From Felis catus (lineage: Eukaryota): DNA of 64,000 nucleotides. A program made the translations under genes and the position numbers. The notes under the pieces were generated by a model. That model saw only the letters and a list, made by a program, of their open reading frames with translations, had not been told where the DNA came from and did not search any database. Shown piece after piece: positions 25,110 through 37,756 of the stretch. Location of the stretch: positions 8,248,001-8,312,000 of the forward strand of contig NC_058369.1 of the NCBI RefSeq assembly GCF_018350175.1, written 5' to 3'. The first letter of the stretch is position 1. Each line of letters begins with the position of its first letter.

Positions 25110-27060
25110 TTTTGGTGTTGTAGGTTTCATGGGTTTGGGCAAACGTATAATGACATGTTATCCACCACTATAGTATCATACAAAGTAGTTCCACTGCCCT
25201 AAAAATCCTCTGTGCCCTCCTATTCATCCCTCCTTCCCCTGTAATCCCTCAGATCCAATGACCTTTTCACTGTTTCCAGTTTTTCCTTTTCCAGAATGTC
25301 ACAGAGTTGGAATCATACAGTATATAGGCTTTTCAAATTGACTTCTTTAATTTTAGAATATGCATTTGTGGTCCCTCCATGTCTTCTCATAGCCTGAGTA
25401 CATTTCTTTTTAATGCTATTATCCCATTGTCTGGATGTCCCACAGTTTATTTATCTGGTAAAGGACATCTTCGTTGCTTCCAAGTTTGTTTGTTTGTTTT
25501 TTTAACTTTTAAATGTTTGAGAAAGAGAGAGAGAGAGAGAGAGAGAATGAATGAGCTGAATGAGCGAGGGAGGGGCAGAGAGAGAGGGAGCCACAGAATC
25601 CGAAGCAGGCTCCAGGCTCCGAGCTGTCAGCACAGAGCCCGACGCGGGGCTCGAACCCACTAACCAGGAGATCGTGACCTGAGATGAAGTTGGACACTTA
25701 ACTGACTGAGCCACCCAGGTGTCCCAGTTGCTTCTAAATTTTGATAGCTATGAATAAAGTCACTATAAACATTTATATGCAGGTTTTCGTGTGGACCTAA
25801 GTTCTCAGCTCCTTGGAGTAATTATCAAGGTATGCAAATGCTGGGTCATATGGAAGACTATGTTTAGTTTTATAAGAAACTGCCAAACCGTCTCCCCAAG
25901 TGTCTGCGCTCTTTTCCATTTATACGAACAGTGAAACAGAGTTCCTGTTGCTCCACATCCTCACCAGCATCTGGCGTTTTCCAAGTTGGACTTACACTAT
26001 TCTAATAAGTGCACAGTCGTATGTCACTGTTGCTTTAATTTGCAATACCCTGAACATCTTTTCATATGCTTATTTACCATCTATAGATCTTTGGTGAGGT
26101 GTCTGTCCAGCCTTATCCATTTTTTAGTTGGGTTGTTCATTTTTTTAAAATTGTTTTTTATTTGTTTTTGAGAGAGAGAGAGAGAGAGAGCGAGCACGTG
26201 TGCAAGTGGGGGAGGGTCAGAGAGAGAGGGAGACACAGAATCCGAAGCAGGCTCCAGGCTCTGAGCTGTCAGCCCAGAGCCCGACGCGGGGCTCGAACTC
26301 ACGGACTGCGAGATCGTGACCTGAGCTGAAGTCGGATGCTTAACCGACTGAGCCATCCAGGCGCCCTACAGAATTAGACATTTTAAAATGAACAATTCAG
26401 GGGCGCCTGGGTAGCTCAGTTGGCTAATCGTTGGACTCTTGATTTCGGCTCAGGTCATGATCTCATGGTTCATGAGTTTGAGCCCTGCATCAGGCTCTGC
26501 ACTGGTGGTATGGAGCCTGCTGGGGATTCTCTCTCTCTCTGCCCTTCTTCCATTCGCTCTCTCTCTCTCTCTCTCTCAAAATAAACAAAAAAAATAAAAT
26601 AAAAAGAAAACGAGCAACTCAGTGGTATTTTGTGCATTCACAATGTGTAAGTTCCGCGTCTATCTAGTTCCAAAATATTTTCATCATCCCCAAATAAAAC
26701 CCTGAACCAATCAAGCAGGTATTCCCTCCCCCTTCTCCCAAGACCCTGGGCAATCTGCTTTCTGTCTGTATGGATTTGCCTATTCTGGGCATTTGCAACA
26801 GACTGTCTGATTTCTTTTATTTAGCACGGTTTCAAGGTTCACCCACATCATAGCATGTATTAGAACTTCATTTCTTTTTGTGGATGAACATTCCATTGAA
26901 TGTGTATACCACAGTCCATCCATTCATCTGTTAACAGATACTTGGACTGTTTCCAACTTTTAGCTTTGGTGAGTAGTGGCACAGCAATAAATATTTGTTT
27001 TCAAGTATTTGTTCAAGTACCTATTTTCTATTCCTTTGGGTTAGATACCTAGGATGGAGA
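25110..27060 (-). mobile_element. Antisense L1 3' fragments with inserted CAN-SINEs
   Basis: TTTTCCAGAATGTCACAGAGTTGGAATCATACAGTAT, GCTCCACATCCTCACCAGCA, GGATTTGCCTATTCTGGGCATTT. Confidence 0.75.
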
Positions 27061-27604
27061 TGGTTTCTTAAGGTCACAAGACTGGAAGCTAAGGGTGTGA
27101 ATACAGATAGGGGACCAAGTCCTGGGGTAGTTCGTTATCAAGAGGTGAGTGGGAAGAAGAGGAAGCTACAAGGGAGCCTGGGAAAGAGCAGCCATTGGGA
27201 TGGGAAGAAACCCAGAAGTGTATGAAGTGTGTGGTGCGTTGGAAGCCAAGTGAATACAATGTCTTTTTTTTTTTTTAATGTTTATTTAGTTTTGAGAGAG
27301 AGAGAGAATCCAAAGCAGGCTCCAGGTTCTGAGCTGTTAGCACAGAGCCCGACGCGGGGCTCGAACTCGTGAACCACTAGATCATGGTCTGAGTTGAAGT
27401 CAGACGCTCAACCGACTGAGCCACCCACCCAGGCGCCCCATGAATAGAATGTTCTAAGGAGGTAACGTGTCAACTATTGCCAGAAGGTCAGGGAAAGTGA
27501 AGATGAGACTTGACTCCTGCATTTAGCAACAGGCAGGTGCCTGTGACCTTGAAGAGTCATTCCAGTGGAATAGGAAAGGCCTGAAAAGAGCAAATTTAAT
27601 AGAA

Positions 27605-28110
27605 GTTAGAGACGACCTAAATAAACAGATACACCATGTTCATGGATCAGAGGATGTAATATTAAGGTAACACTTCTCCCCAAATTGGCCTACAGATTCA
27701 ATGCGATCCCACTCAAAATCCCAGCAGTTTTTGGTAGAAATTGACAGGCTGATTCTAAAAATTTACACAGAAATGCAAGGACCTAGAGTAACCAAAACAA
27801 TTTTTAAAAAGGGCAAATTCGGAGGAGTACCTGATTTCAAGACTTATTATAAAGCTACACTTATCAAGACAGTGTGGTCTTAGCATACTGTAGACCTATC
27901 AATCAGTAACAAAACACGGGAATCCAGAATCAGACTCATGCTTAAACAGTGAATCGATTTTTACAAAAGTGCCACAGTAATTCAATGTGGGAGCAGACAT
28001 TCCAGGACTGGGGCTGGGACAATTAGATATCCCTCCAGAAAACAATGAACTTCGATTATACCTCACGCCACACATAAAAATGAACTGAACACGTATCACA
28101 GACCCTGAGC
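27605..28110 (+). mobile_element. Degenerate L1 ORF2 fragment
   Basis: Translation EIDRLILKI...PDFKTYYKATLIKTVW matches the L1 ORF2p C-terminal motif PDFKxYYKATVIKTVW. Confidence 0.9.
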
Positions 28111-30829
28111 CTTAAAGGCACCAGTTTCATTTACACTGGGATCCCAATCCCAACGTACGGCCACGAAGCACTGGTCTACGAAACTGTTCCCAATAGACAT
28201 CGTGCCCTTAAAGCAGGACTCCAGCTCCTTCCTTGCCGCCATTCTCATGTCCTCACGGTCTCGCCTGCAGACAAAGCTGCTCACACTTTCACCTCTCAGG
28301 TCTACTCCTTCAGCTTCTACCCATTCTACCTCCAACTTCCTCCACCTCTCTCTACGTCTACCACCCTCACCCTACCTTGGCCCACCATCCTTTCTACCCC
28401 GGGCCGTGGCAATGGCCTAAAGGGACTCATCACCTCCTGTCCTTCTTCCCCTTCAGCCCGGACTCCACCCTGCAGCATGAGTAACTATGGGAATCTCTTG
28501 ATTAAAGCCTTTCGAATACTTCCCCAATGTGGTCAGGGAAAAGCTAAAGAGCCTCACCGCGGGCTACGAGGCCCCGCCCAGCGTAGCTGTCGCTGATCTG
28601 CCCTCCTCAGCCAAACGGGCCTCCTTGGGTTCCAGTGCTCTCTTCCTCCTCGGGGGGGGGGGGGGGGGGGGGCTGGTACATCTTGTTCCCTCTACCTAGT
28701 GCCCCCCTCCTCCGGCCCTTGCTCATCTCCTGCGACTTGGCATAAGCGCGTCTTTCTCCGAGAGGTCTAGCTGACTTGACTGCTCAACTCCAGGAGGGTC
28801 CCCTGTTATGATCTCTGCGCTGTGGGCCTTTCTTCCGTTGCACTTAACGTTTTCCTATCATGTATTAGCTGATCGACATGGGAGACGGTCACCTGAACCC
28901 ACAGATTGTCCACATCACGACCAAGACACTGTCTGCTCAGTGTACCACTGGAGGCCAGGGACCAGCTCAGTGTTTGGCATGTCAAGGACGTTTAAGAAAC
29001 ACCACCTGAGGGAACGAGACTGAAATTCAGACCCCACTTGCCCATTTGATGTGCATTATTCAACATCATGAGCTAAGGTTCAGAAAACTCCCAGGTGGCC
29101 TGCTTTCACAGATTCCTCATAAGGAATCTGTGGAGGGCAGTGTTGTTATTGTTTCCATCGTACAGGTGAAGAAAGGAAAGTGCCGAAGAGTCCAGTAAAT
29201 GTTTCTGGCAACACCCAGCTACTACCAGTGGAGTCAGGTTTTGGGTCCAGGTCTTTTCTGACTCCAGCATTGAGATCTCACGGTCTCCCCAATACTGCAA
29301 GTGGCGTGGGGAGCAGTATGGTGACCGGGATGGGTGGGGTATGGGCTGCCCCCGTTGCCAGGGCTGGACCAGCCTTGTCCTACTGGCCATGGCTGAAGAT
29401 CACTGAACGGGGAGGATGAGAGGGCAGCCGGGTCCCCACTCTGAACTAGAGGGACCAGGTCCCTAGCTTCTGCCCCCAGCCTTCAGATACTAGTGCTTAA
29501 CGTTCCTCATCTCATTTCAGGCGTCTCCTTACTGTCATCCCACGTAGCCCCCGGGGTGAACGTGAATTCAGAGTCTATTTTTCTAAATAAATTGGAAAAC
29601 CGTACCAAAAAAAAAAAAAAAAAAAAGCAGCAATGAGCTAATGCAGCCATGATACACACTTAATTGGCAATCCATCTGCATTATTCTTTCAATTAAAAAA
29701 TTTAGGGGCACCCGTGTGGCTTAGTCGGTTGAGTGTCTGACTTCGACTCATGTCACGATCTCCTGATCTCCTGACTCATGAGTTTTGAGCCCTGGGTTGA
29801 GCTCTGTGCTGACAGCTCAGAGCCTGAAGCCTGCTTCAGATTCTGTGTCTCCCCCTCTCTCTGCCCCTCCCAAGCTCGTGCTCTATCTCTATCAAAAATA
29901 AACATTAAAAAAAATTTTTTTTAAATTAAAGTATCACATAGGGGGCGGCCGGAACACCACAATGATTTATCTGTATGTAGATGTAAATGCTAGGTATTCA
30001 ATAGCATCTTTACCATTGATAACATCTTTACCATTTATTTTATTTTTATTTTAAATGTTTATCTTTGAGAGAGAGACAGACAGACAGGCAAAGCACAAGC
30101 GGGGTAGGGGCAGAGAGAGGGAGACACACAGAATGTGAAGCAAGCAGGCTCCAGGTTCTGAGCTGTCAGCACAGAGCCGGATGCGGGGCTCGAATCCACA
30201 CACCGTGAGATAATGACGTGAGCTGAAGTCAAGAGTCCCACGCTTAACTGACTGAGCCATCCAGGTGCCCCACATCTTTGCCATTTAAATTGAGGGTAAG
30301 AAGGCAGACAATAAAAAGGGCACTCAAACATGAAGGAAAGAAAAAGGAGGCAGTGATCAAAAGGAGGTGAGGCTTGAGGTGATTTGCAGGCTTCAGGGAG
30401 GCAAGAACAAGGACAGGCTGTGGGCCCTGACTTAGGGGAGGACTTGTCCACTCGGAGAACTAAAACAACTGGAGACCCTTTCAAAACACAGAAAAGAGGC
30501 CTAGAGGCTCAGGTCCTTCACACGAAGAACAAGGCTCTTTCATGTTTTGACTCCAACATCTTCCCAGGGACGCCTTCTCTGGCTGCTCCATTTAAAATTT
30601 CCACGACTCTCCACGTTTCCGTCCCAACACAATGTATTTTACTTATTTCTCTAGCCTCTCGCTTGCCTTCCTAGTTCCACAACGGTTGAGATCGTCTGTG
30701 CGGTGCCACAGCACTTGCGTCTAGGACTCAGTAGTAGGTCAAAAATTATTTGCCAAACCAACAGTGCTAGGTAAGTTCTTAAAAAAAAAAAAAAAAGACC
30801 ACGATCGAAGGCCACCTGGCTTTGCTGAA

Positions 30830-31960
30830 CAGACCCCGCCATCCCCCAACCAGAAATAAAAAAAAAGCAGCTCCCAGACCCGCCCTTGGCCCCAGTCTAG
30901 CCTGCCCGCCTCCCGCCCTTACGCACGGCCTCGGGTCTTCATCTGCGGGTCTCAAAGCCCCTCGGCCAACCCTTCCCTGCAGACCCCGCCGCCATTCCAT
31001 TCCATCCCATCCCATCCCCCAACCCCCCGCCGCAGCCGCGGGAACCAACGCAGCCACCGCCGCAGTGGCGCCCGCTCTGCGCATGCTCGGCAGCGTGGGG
31101 ACGCAGCGTGAGGACGAAGACGCCGGTGCGCATGAGCAAGACCTTCCCGGATTGAGTCGGGGGGGAACATCTGGAGCGCCAGCTTTCTCTGGTCCCGCCT
31201 ACCTCCGCTAGGCCCCGAGCGGACGCGCACGCGCGCTGGGAGCGGAAGGGCGGACGGGCGCGCGCACGAGGCCGGGCGGGCGGCGGAAGCGAGAGAAGCC
31301 GACCGCAGGGGGGAGGGGAGCTGGCGAGTGCGCGCGCAGCGGGGGCGCGGGCGGCGTGGGGGGGCGGCCGAGGCGAGCGGGCGCGCGCGCGAGACTTACC
31401 CTCTCTCGGCGGCGGTGGCGGCGGCGGCTTCTTTGTTTCGTGAGGAGAGGCGAGACGCCCACTCTGCCCCCGGCCCCGCGCGGAGGGGCGGGGGCGGCGC
31501 CGGGAAGGCGACGGCGCCGGCGGCTCTCGGTAAGGAACGCGGGCCGCGGGGGGAGCGTGGCGCGGGGCTTGGGAGGACGGTTTGAATGGAGCCGGGGCGC
31601 CGAGGGGGGAGGGGGCCGCCGGCGCCCACAGCGGGGCTGGGGTACGGCGGCGCCCGAGGGTCAAGAAGCCTGGCCGGCACCGCGCGCGCGGAGAAGGCCA
31701 CAGTGTAGCGAGGCCGCGGCGGCTACAGCATCCGCGGGCCGTGGGGTGGGGGCCCGGGCCGCGTGGAGGCCGCGCGCGCGCTCTCGCCGGGGTCGCCGGA
31801 CAAAGCTCTCCGCCTCCTCGGCGGGCCGGTGTCCCGGCCCCCAGTCGCCGTATCCGTCGCGGCAGCAACAATAGCATGGCGTTGGGGCTTCTCTGGCTAC
31901 GTTGTAACGGGTCCGACCCAAATGTCTTTTGGGGGAGGTGGCGGCCGGGGCTCAGTAGGA
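30830..31960. promoter_or_regulatory. SMARCA4: CpG island / promoter of SMARCA4
   Basis: Very GC- and CpG-rich, repeat-free block. It carries NRF1-like TGCGCATG motifs (~31078, ~31127), ETS-like CGGAAG (~31243, ~31284) and GC boxes, and surrounds exon 1. Confidence 0.93.
31250..31529 (+). other. SMARCA4: SMARCA4 non-coding exon 1 (5' UTR; start approximate)
   Basis: Ends ...GGGAAGGCGACGGCGCCGGCGGCTCTCG|GTAAGG, a strong donor with GT at 31530-31531. It resembles the mammalian SMARCA4 5' UTR as I recall it. No ATG seen; the TSS cannot be fixed from sequence. Confidence 0.8.
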
Positions 31961-32454
31961 AAAACCCCAAATGAGTCTAGTGTCGCCTGGGAACGAGCAT
32001 TAGCATTAGCAGCCCCTTTGGGTTAGCCGACCTAAAATTGTATTTAAGAAAATCACGTAGTCTAGATTTTTCAGGGAAAAGTAAAGAACTCCCCCCACCT
32101 CTTGCAAGCGGCGACTTCAAAAATGTTTGCCCTAAAGTGGGGAGTCTAGAGCAAGTGAGGGAGGACGGGTAGAACTGTTCGCTCTTGAAAGCATTGTTTT
32201 TGTTTTGCATCCTTTCGCCTTCCTCCCAATTGATCTTCCAGATTAAGGCTTTTATTTAAAACGTGGGCCTTTCGGAGAGCGTTTTGTGCTGGTGTTGAAG
32301 ACACGAGTCTTGGTTTATTTTTTTTTTTTTGCCCCCAGTGAATCCTTGGGGGGAAAAGTAGGGAATACGTGCAAAAGTCACTTCCTAGGAATTTGAAAGA
32401 AGTTTTCGATTTGAATTGACAGACCGGATTGGAGTTTGCTTATGGTCGCTGTCG

Positions 32455-32600
32455 GTCACTTAGCTGTGTGATCTTAGATAAATAGCTTAATCTCTCTGAA
32501 CCTTTTAGTTTCCTCATTTGTGAAATGGGGATAATGCCACAAATGGAGTTGGTGAAAACCTGTAAAATGGTTTCTGATAAGTGGGAAGTGCTGTTGTTAA
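32455..32600 (+). mobile_element. MIR fragment; others at ~18860-19050, ~33400-33600 and ~34340-34460
   Basis: CACTTAGCTGTGTGATCTTAGATAAATAGCTTAATCTCTCTGAACCT..AGTTTCCTCATTTGTGAAATGGGGATAAT, the MIR core. Confidence 0.8.
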
Positions 32601-35600
32601 TTGTCAGGCCCAATGTCCTTCATTTTTTTTTTTTTCCATGTTTGTTTATTTTAAGAGAGAAAAAGCGTGAGTGGGGAAGGGGAGAGAGAAGGAGAATCCC
32701 AAGCTGGCTCTGCAGAGCCTGAAGGTGGGGAGAGGGGGTTGGTGTCAACCTCAGCTGAGATGCTTAACAGACCGAGCCAACCCAGGCCCCCCCTCCTCCT
32801 TCATTGTTGAGCAAATATTTGTTGAGTCCCTACTGGGTGTTAGATGGTTGGCGATTGGATGCCCTGAGGAGCCTCTCCAGTCTTGTAGGGGAACAGATGG
32901 TAAAGGTGGGAACAGCTCCCTGTGGCCTGTCATGGAATCCTCACTACCCTTCCTGTGCGAGGAACACAGTAGATGCACAGGGGAGCGGTGGGGGCCAGAG
33001 ATCAACGAGATTGTGTGGAAGAGGGGGCCTTTGCTCAGAATCAGGGCCAGTGCATTTGAGCACTTGGACCGGTCGTTGCTGTGCAGGGCTACACTCGCTC
33101 ATCACCTTGATCCTTTCTTGTGTAGCAGTTACCCCCGTTTGTAATTACACATTCATTCTTCTCTGAGGGCCATCAGAGCAGGGATCATGTCTGCCTGGTC
33201 TCCCAGAGTGTCCCCTGGGTCTGGCACATAGTAGGTCCTTAGGGAACATTTGTGGAATGAATGAGGAGAGCCCCCAGGGAGGATGGAGTGGATTTATGTG
33301 TGAAATGCTTGGCGCAGGACTGGGGGTGGGTTGTAAGCAGTAAGTGTTCGTTGCTCGTGTTGGTTTAACAGGCCACTGTCGCCAGGGAATGAGGGTGTGG
33401 GGTGGTGGTCAGGACTGCTAGTTCTGGAATCAGACCTCCTGGATTCACACCTAGCTTTCTAAATCCTAGTTTGACCTCGAGCAAGGCATTTACCAGTAGG
33501 TCCCCCCACTTGTGAAACAGGTGTGACAGCAGTGCTGCCTCAAACAGTTGTAAGGGTTGAGAACATGACTTGGGGAGCCGCTTCACACACTGCAGTCACT
33601 GTAGTGAACACTCACTGTATTGGAGGTAATGTTGTTTGTTGTGTGTACCTGTTTATATATATGTAGGCATATATATGTTAACTATTTAAAAAATGAGCAA
33701 GATAATTTAGAATCATTCTATATCCCAAGAAGCCCAGGTTTGATGAGCTGGTTATGTATATATTGTAGTTTCTTTAAAATTGGTGCATACATACTTATGG
33801 CGATCATAAATGCTCCTCTCTGTGCCACATACCTTTGTCACACCTTATGGACCCTCAAAACACTGAGAGGTAGCCCTAGACCAGCCCCTTGTCTTCTCTG
33901 TTATGGGATGAGGTGTGTTGGGTGAGAACAGCATTCTGCCGGTGAAGCAACTGACATTTAGGTATATTTCTTCACTAAGGGCTCTAGTCGGCCTTGTGGG
34001 TTTGACTCCTGGCTTTGCCACTTTCCCTCTTGGTGCCTCAGAGAAACGGAGGTGACAGTTCCCAGCACTTAGTGAATCCTCAGATGTGCCAGCCAATTTT
34101 GGCCTCAGTTATTAAGGCTCCCGTCGCACAGAGGGACCCATTCACACCCACCATAGACAGAACTCAACATGAATGGCGCCCCCTGGAGTTGTGCGAGAAG
34201 TTCCCCAGCCTCACATTCCCCATTCGAACAAGTGGGCTTTGACAGCCTGCCACAAGCCAGGCCCTGATGGAGGCTGGGGATTCAGCCAGGAACAGGCAGA
34301 CAAGGGCCCTGTTCTCACTCAGTCATATCTATCTCCTTATTTGCAAAGGGAGACAGTAATGGTACCCAGCTACTAGGATTGTTGCAAGGACTAAACAACG
34401 ACAACTGTATAGTGCTCAGAACAGTGCCTGGCACATAGTGCTAAATAGTTGGTAGCTATTGTCACGTGTTAGGATTCCTACAACACCCTGGCAGGTTGAG
34501 ATCCAGAATACATTTTTACCCTGTTGTGAGAGTTCTGTATGTTTTCAAAGTGATTCAAAGGAATCAACTCTTCTGTTTTGTCTTCCATCATTGAAAAATT
34601 GTAAACTTGTGATTTCACCATAATGCGTTGGAAAGAGAGGAGTGTGTTTGGTGGCCTTGGTTTTGGAAGATATCAAGTGTTTGTTTCCCATCTCACATAT
34701 TTCCTCATGACTTGTAACATTGATTGGAACACTTAAGAGAGAATTGAAGTTAAAAAAAATCAAATCAAATCAAAGGGATGTGCAAAACCTCCAATAAAGG
34801 GGAGGTAACAGCTGCCAGAATATTGGGGGGAGATGCCTGAGGGGGAGCACATCAGAATCAGGTCTGAGGCTAAATGGAGTTGCCATTGCTGTCACCCTTA
34901 CGGAGATCATCCGTAAGAAGTATAAGGCTCATTGATATGATTGGTAGTATCTTAGTTGGAGTTTTTTGTTAACTGCATGCTGATGATACTAATTTTTCAG
35001 GACATGGATTTGATGGGTATGAGAAATTTGACCCCGAATCATCTTCATGTGAGGGAATGGGCCTTGAGGGTAATGCCGGGTACCCAGCTGGGTTTGCTGA
35101 GCGGTTGGATTGCACGGGGCAGAAAGAACGGAAGGGATGCATCCATTTCCTTACAGTTCCCTCAGAGAAGGGGCTTTTTTTAGAAAAGAGGTAACTGTTA
35201 GCAGGGCATAAACCCGCCCAGGCCCCTTCGATGCCTTTGCGGCTAGACTGGTCTCCAGAGCTTTGCCTGGGGACTGTTACTTTGTTAAATGAAGCATGTC
35301 TTCATTTTCGCCTGTGGATACTTGTTACTGCCTGGGTTTTGCTCAGTGTGTGAGATAAAGGAGGACGGACCCCGTTTTTAGTAGCAATGGGCTTTAAAAT
35401 GGCTCCTTGGGATGGTTTAAGTTCTCCTTTCGCTGGTAAGTCATGCCCCGCTGGCTCAGGAAGCAGGTGGCTGCATGGCAGTTGCCGCCTTACCTGTTAC
35501 AGAGGGGACGGGATTTGACGTGTGCCACCTTGATTTGCACCAAAAGTCCCAGTAAAGGGGCACGGTGGGTGGTGTCATTGTCTTAAAGGTGACGATGAAG

Positions 35601-36079
35601 CACAGGGGTCTGCTTGTTGGGCCCTGAGAGCTACATCTGGCCCTGATGACTGCCGGGTGTGCTTTCGGTCACAGCCTGGTCTGCTGTTGTGCTGAATGCC
35701 CGTGCCCACTTCCTGGGAACACGCTGTGGATATTCCTGCCTATCAGAGTGCTTCCATTTGCCTGCACTTTGCACCCTTCCGGGCTGTCCTGCCTTTTGAT
35801 ACTTAGACTAAATTCGTTACTCAGGCTTTGGAGTCAGACAGACTTGAGGCAGGACTCTACTTCCTGTGTGATGTTGGACCAATGACTTAACCTCTCTGAG
35901 CAGAAAACCCCGGGTCCTCCCATAGCCTCCCCAGTTGGCACCTCCAGTCACCAGTACCGAACCAAAGGATGTGAGGTGAAATCCAGCCTGGCTGGGCTTT
36001 GCCAAACCTGGCTCAAGACAGGGGCAGGTGGGGGGGGGGGGGCGCCTTTTATATTTCAAAAGATATGTGCTGAGACCCT

Positions 36080-36700
36080 GTTGGTTACCTTGGTCACCAC
36101 TCTTTTACCCTTACATCTGTTCCATCACTGTGTCCAGAGAAATCTTCTAAAACCATCATCAGACCGTGTCACTGCCCTGCCCAGAACATTCCAGAGGGTT
36201 TCCCTTGAACCTAGAATAGACTCTTACCTCCTCACTGCTGCCCTTAAGGCCTGCGATCTGCTCTCCCCACTCATCTCTGACTTCGTCTCCTGCCGCATCC
36301 CTCCTCTGCTCTAATCCAGCACAGTCCCGTCCCGGGGCCTTTGTACTTGTTGGTGGTCCCTTGCCCATCCACTGGATGGTTGGGCTCCCTTTCCGCTTCG
36401 GGTGTCTGCTTAGATGTATCCCCTCACTGAGCCCGTCCCTGGTCACTATGATTGAAAGAGTGATTCCTGCCAGCTTGATGGTTAACTCTGCTTATTTTTT
36501 TCACAGTGGAAGTTCATACCACTTCCACCCCCCCTGTAACATCGTGTCATACTTATTTGTGTGCTCGCCTCTGTCACTCTATTGTCAGTTCCACCAGGAA
36601 CCGTCAGTTCCAACCAGGCAGGGATTTTGTTGGCTGCTGGATGCCCAGTACCTGGTACTTTGTTCAGCACAGAGTTGGTTCTCAGTCGATATTTGAGGTG
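36080..36700 (+). mobile_element. LINE-2 fragment in SMARCA4 intron 1
   Basis: GTCACTGCCCTGCCCAGAACATTCCAGAGGGTTTCCC...GGGCCTTTGTACTTG...GGATTTTGTTGG. Confidence 0.6.
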
Positions 36701-37756
36701 CCTGGCAGGGTCTGTCACAGGTGAAACTCCACAGGTATGGCCACCATGCCTCCCTGGCCATTCTTGCATTTTGTGTGCCGCTGTTATTGGGGGGACTTCC
36801 CTCCTGCCCTCTCCACAAGTTGTGTGTTGTGCTCTGTGTTGACTATACAACAGGTACCACAAGAGACCCAGCAGCAGGTCATGACATCCACCCAGTGTGA
36901 CTTGATCAGCCTTAAAAAGAGAAAAAGGAGAGAGTCTATCCATGTTTCACAGGGAACGTGGTCAGGACAGATTTGTAAAACGGGTTGGATTTACTTGATG
37001 TGTGTTTGCTGGGTCATGTTGTGACCGACGATCGTGGTCAGAAGAGTTTGACAAATGCCCGTCTAGTGGATAGATCGGAAAGTGTTTGTGTTCTCTCAGT
37101 GGAGACACTGCATCTTCCTGCTGGATTAGAGCATGAACTCCACAAGGGCAGAGAACCAGCCAGGTTGTCATCATGTCTTCACATCTTCTGGTGTGTTTTA
37201 TTTAAAAAAATTTTTTTTTCAATGTTTTTATTTATTTTTGAGACAGAGAGACAGAGCATGAGCAGGCGAGGGGCAGAGAGAGGGGGAGACACAGACTCCG
37301 AAGCAGGCTCCAGGCTCTGAGCTGTCAGCACAGAGCCCGACGCAGGGCTCGAACTCACGGACCGTGAGATCATGACCGGAGCCAAAGTCAGATGCTGAAC
37401 TGACTGAGCCACCCATGTGCCCCTCTTCTGGTGTGTTTTAGATGAGGAGGTGCTCTTCAGTGGTTTTTCAAGTGAATGAAAACAGTTTTTTTAATGTTTA
37501 TTTATTTTTGAGAGAGAGTACATGTACGGGGAGAGGCAGAGAGAGAGAATCCTAAGCAGGCTCCACGCTCAGCACAGAGCCCCACTCGGGGCTCGGTCTC
37601 AAGACCCTGAGATCATGACCTGAGCCAAAATCAGGAGTCAAGATGCTCAACCGACTGAGCCGCACAGGTGCCCCTGAATGAAAAATTTTTTAAAGGGCAG
37701 GAGGTGTGGATTCCAATGAATAAAATGATACATAATTCCTAGTGTTAAAAATAGTA

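Larger units (their letters stand above)
582..30272. mobile_element. Dense field of about 48 CAN-SINEs (tRNA-derived carnivore SINEs) upstream of SMARCA4; about 20 more lie inside the gene
   Basis: Repeated GGGGCGCCTGGGTGGCTCAGTCGGTT...GTTCGAGCCC...(CT)n...AAAATAAATAAA on both strands; counted by eye. Confidence 0.95.

Noticed and set aside
1..30800. Expected upstream neighbours of SMARCA4 (TIMM29, YIPF2, CARM1 in human synteny)
   Set aside because: No matching coding sequence or second CpG island seen; they are presumably outside the window.
30939..31970. 343-aa minus-strand ORF and other long ORFs over the CpG island
   Set aside because: Low-complexity Arg/Pro/Ala translation, as expected from stop-poor GC-rich DNA; no ATG start and no recognisable domain.
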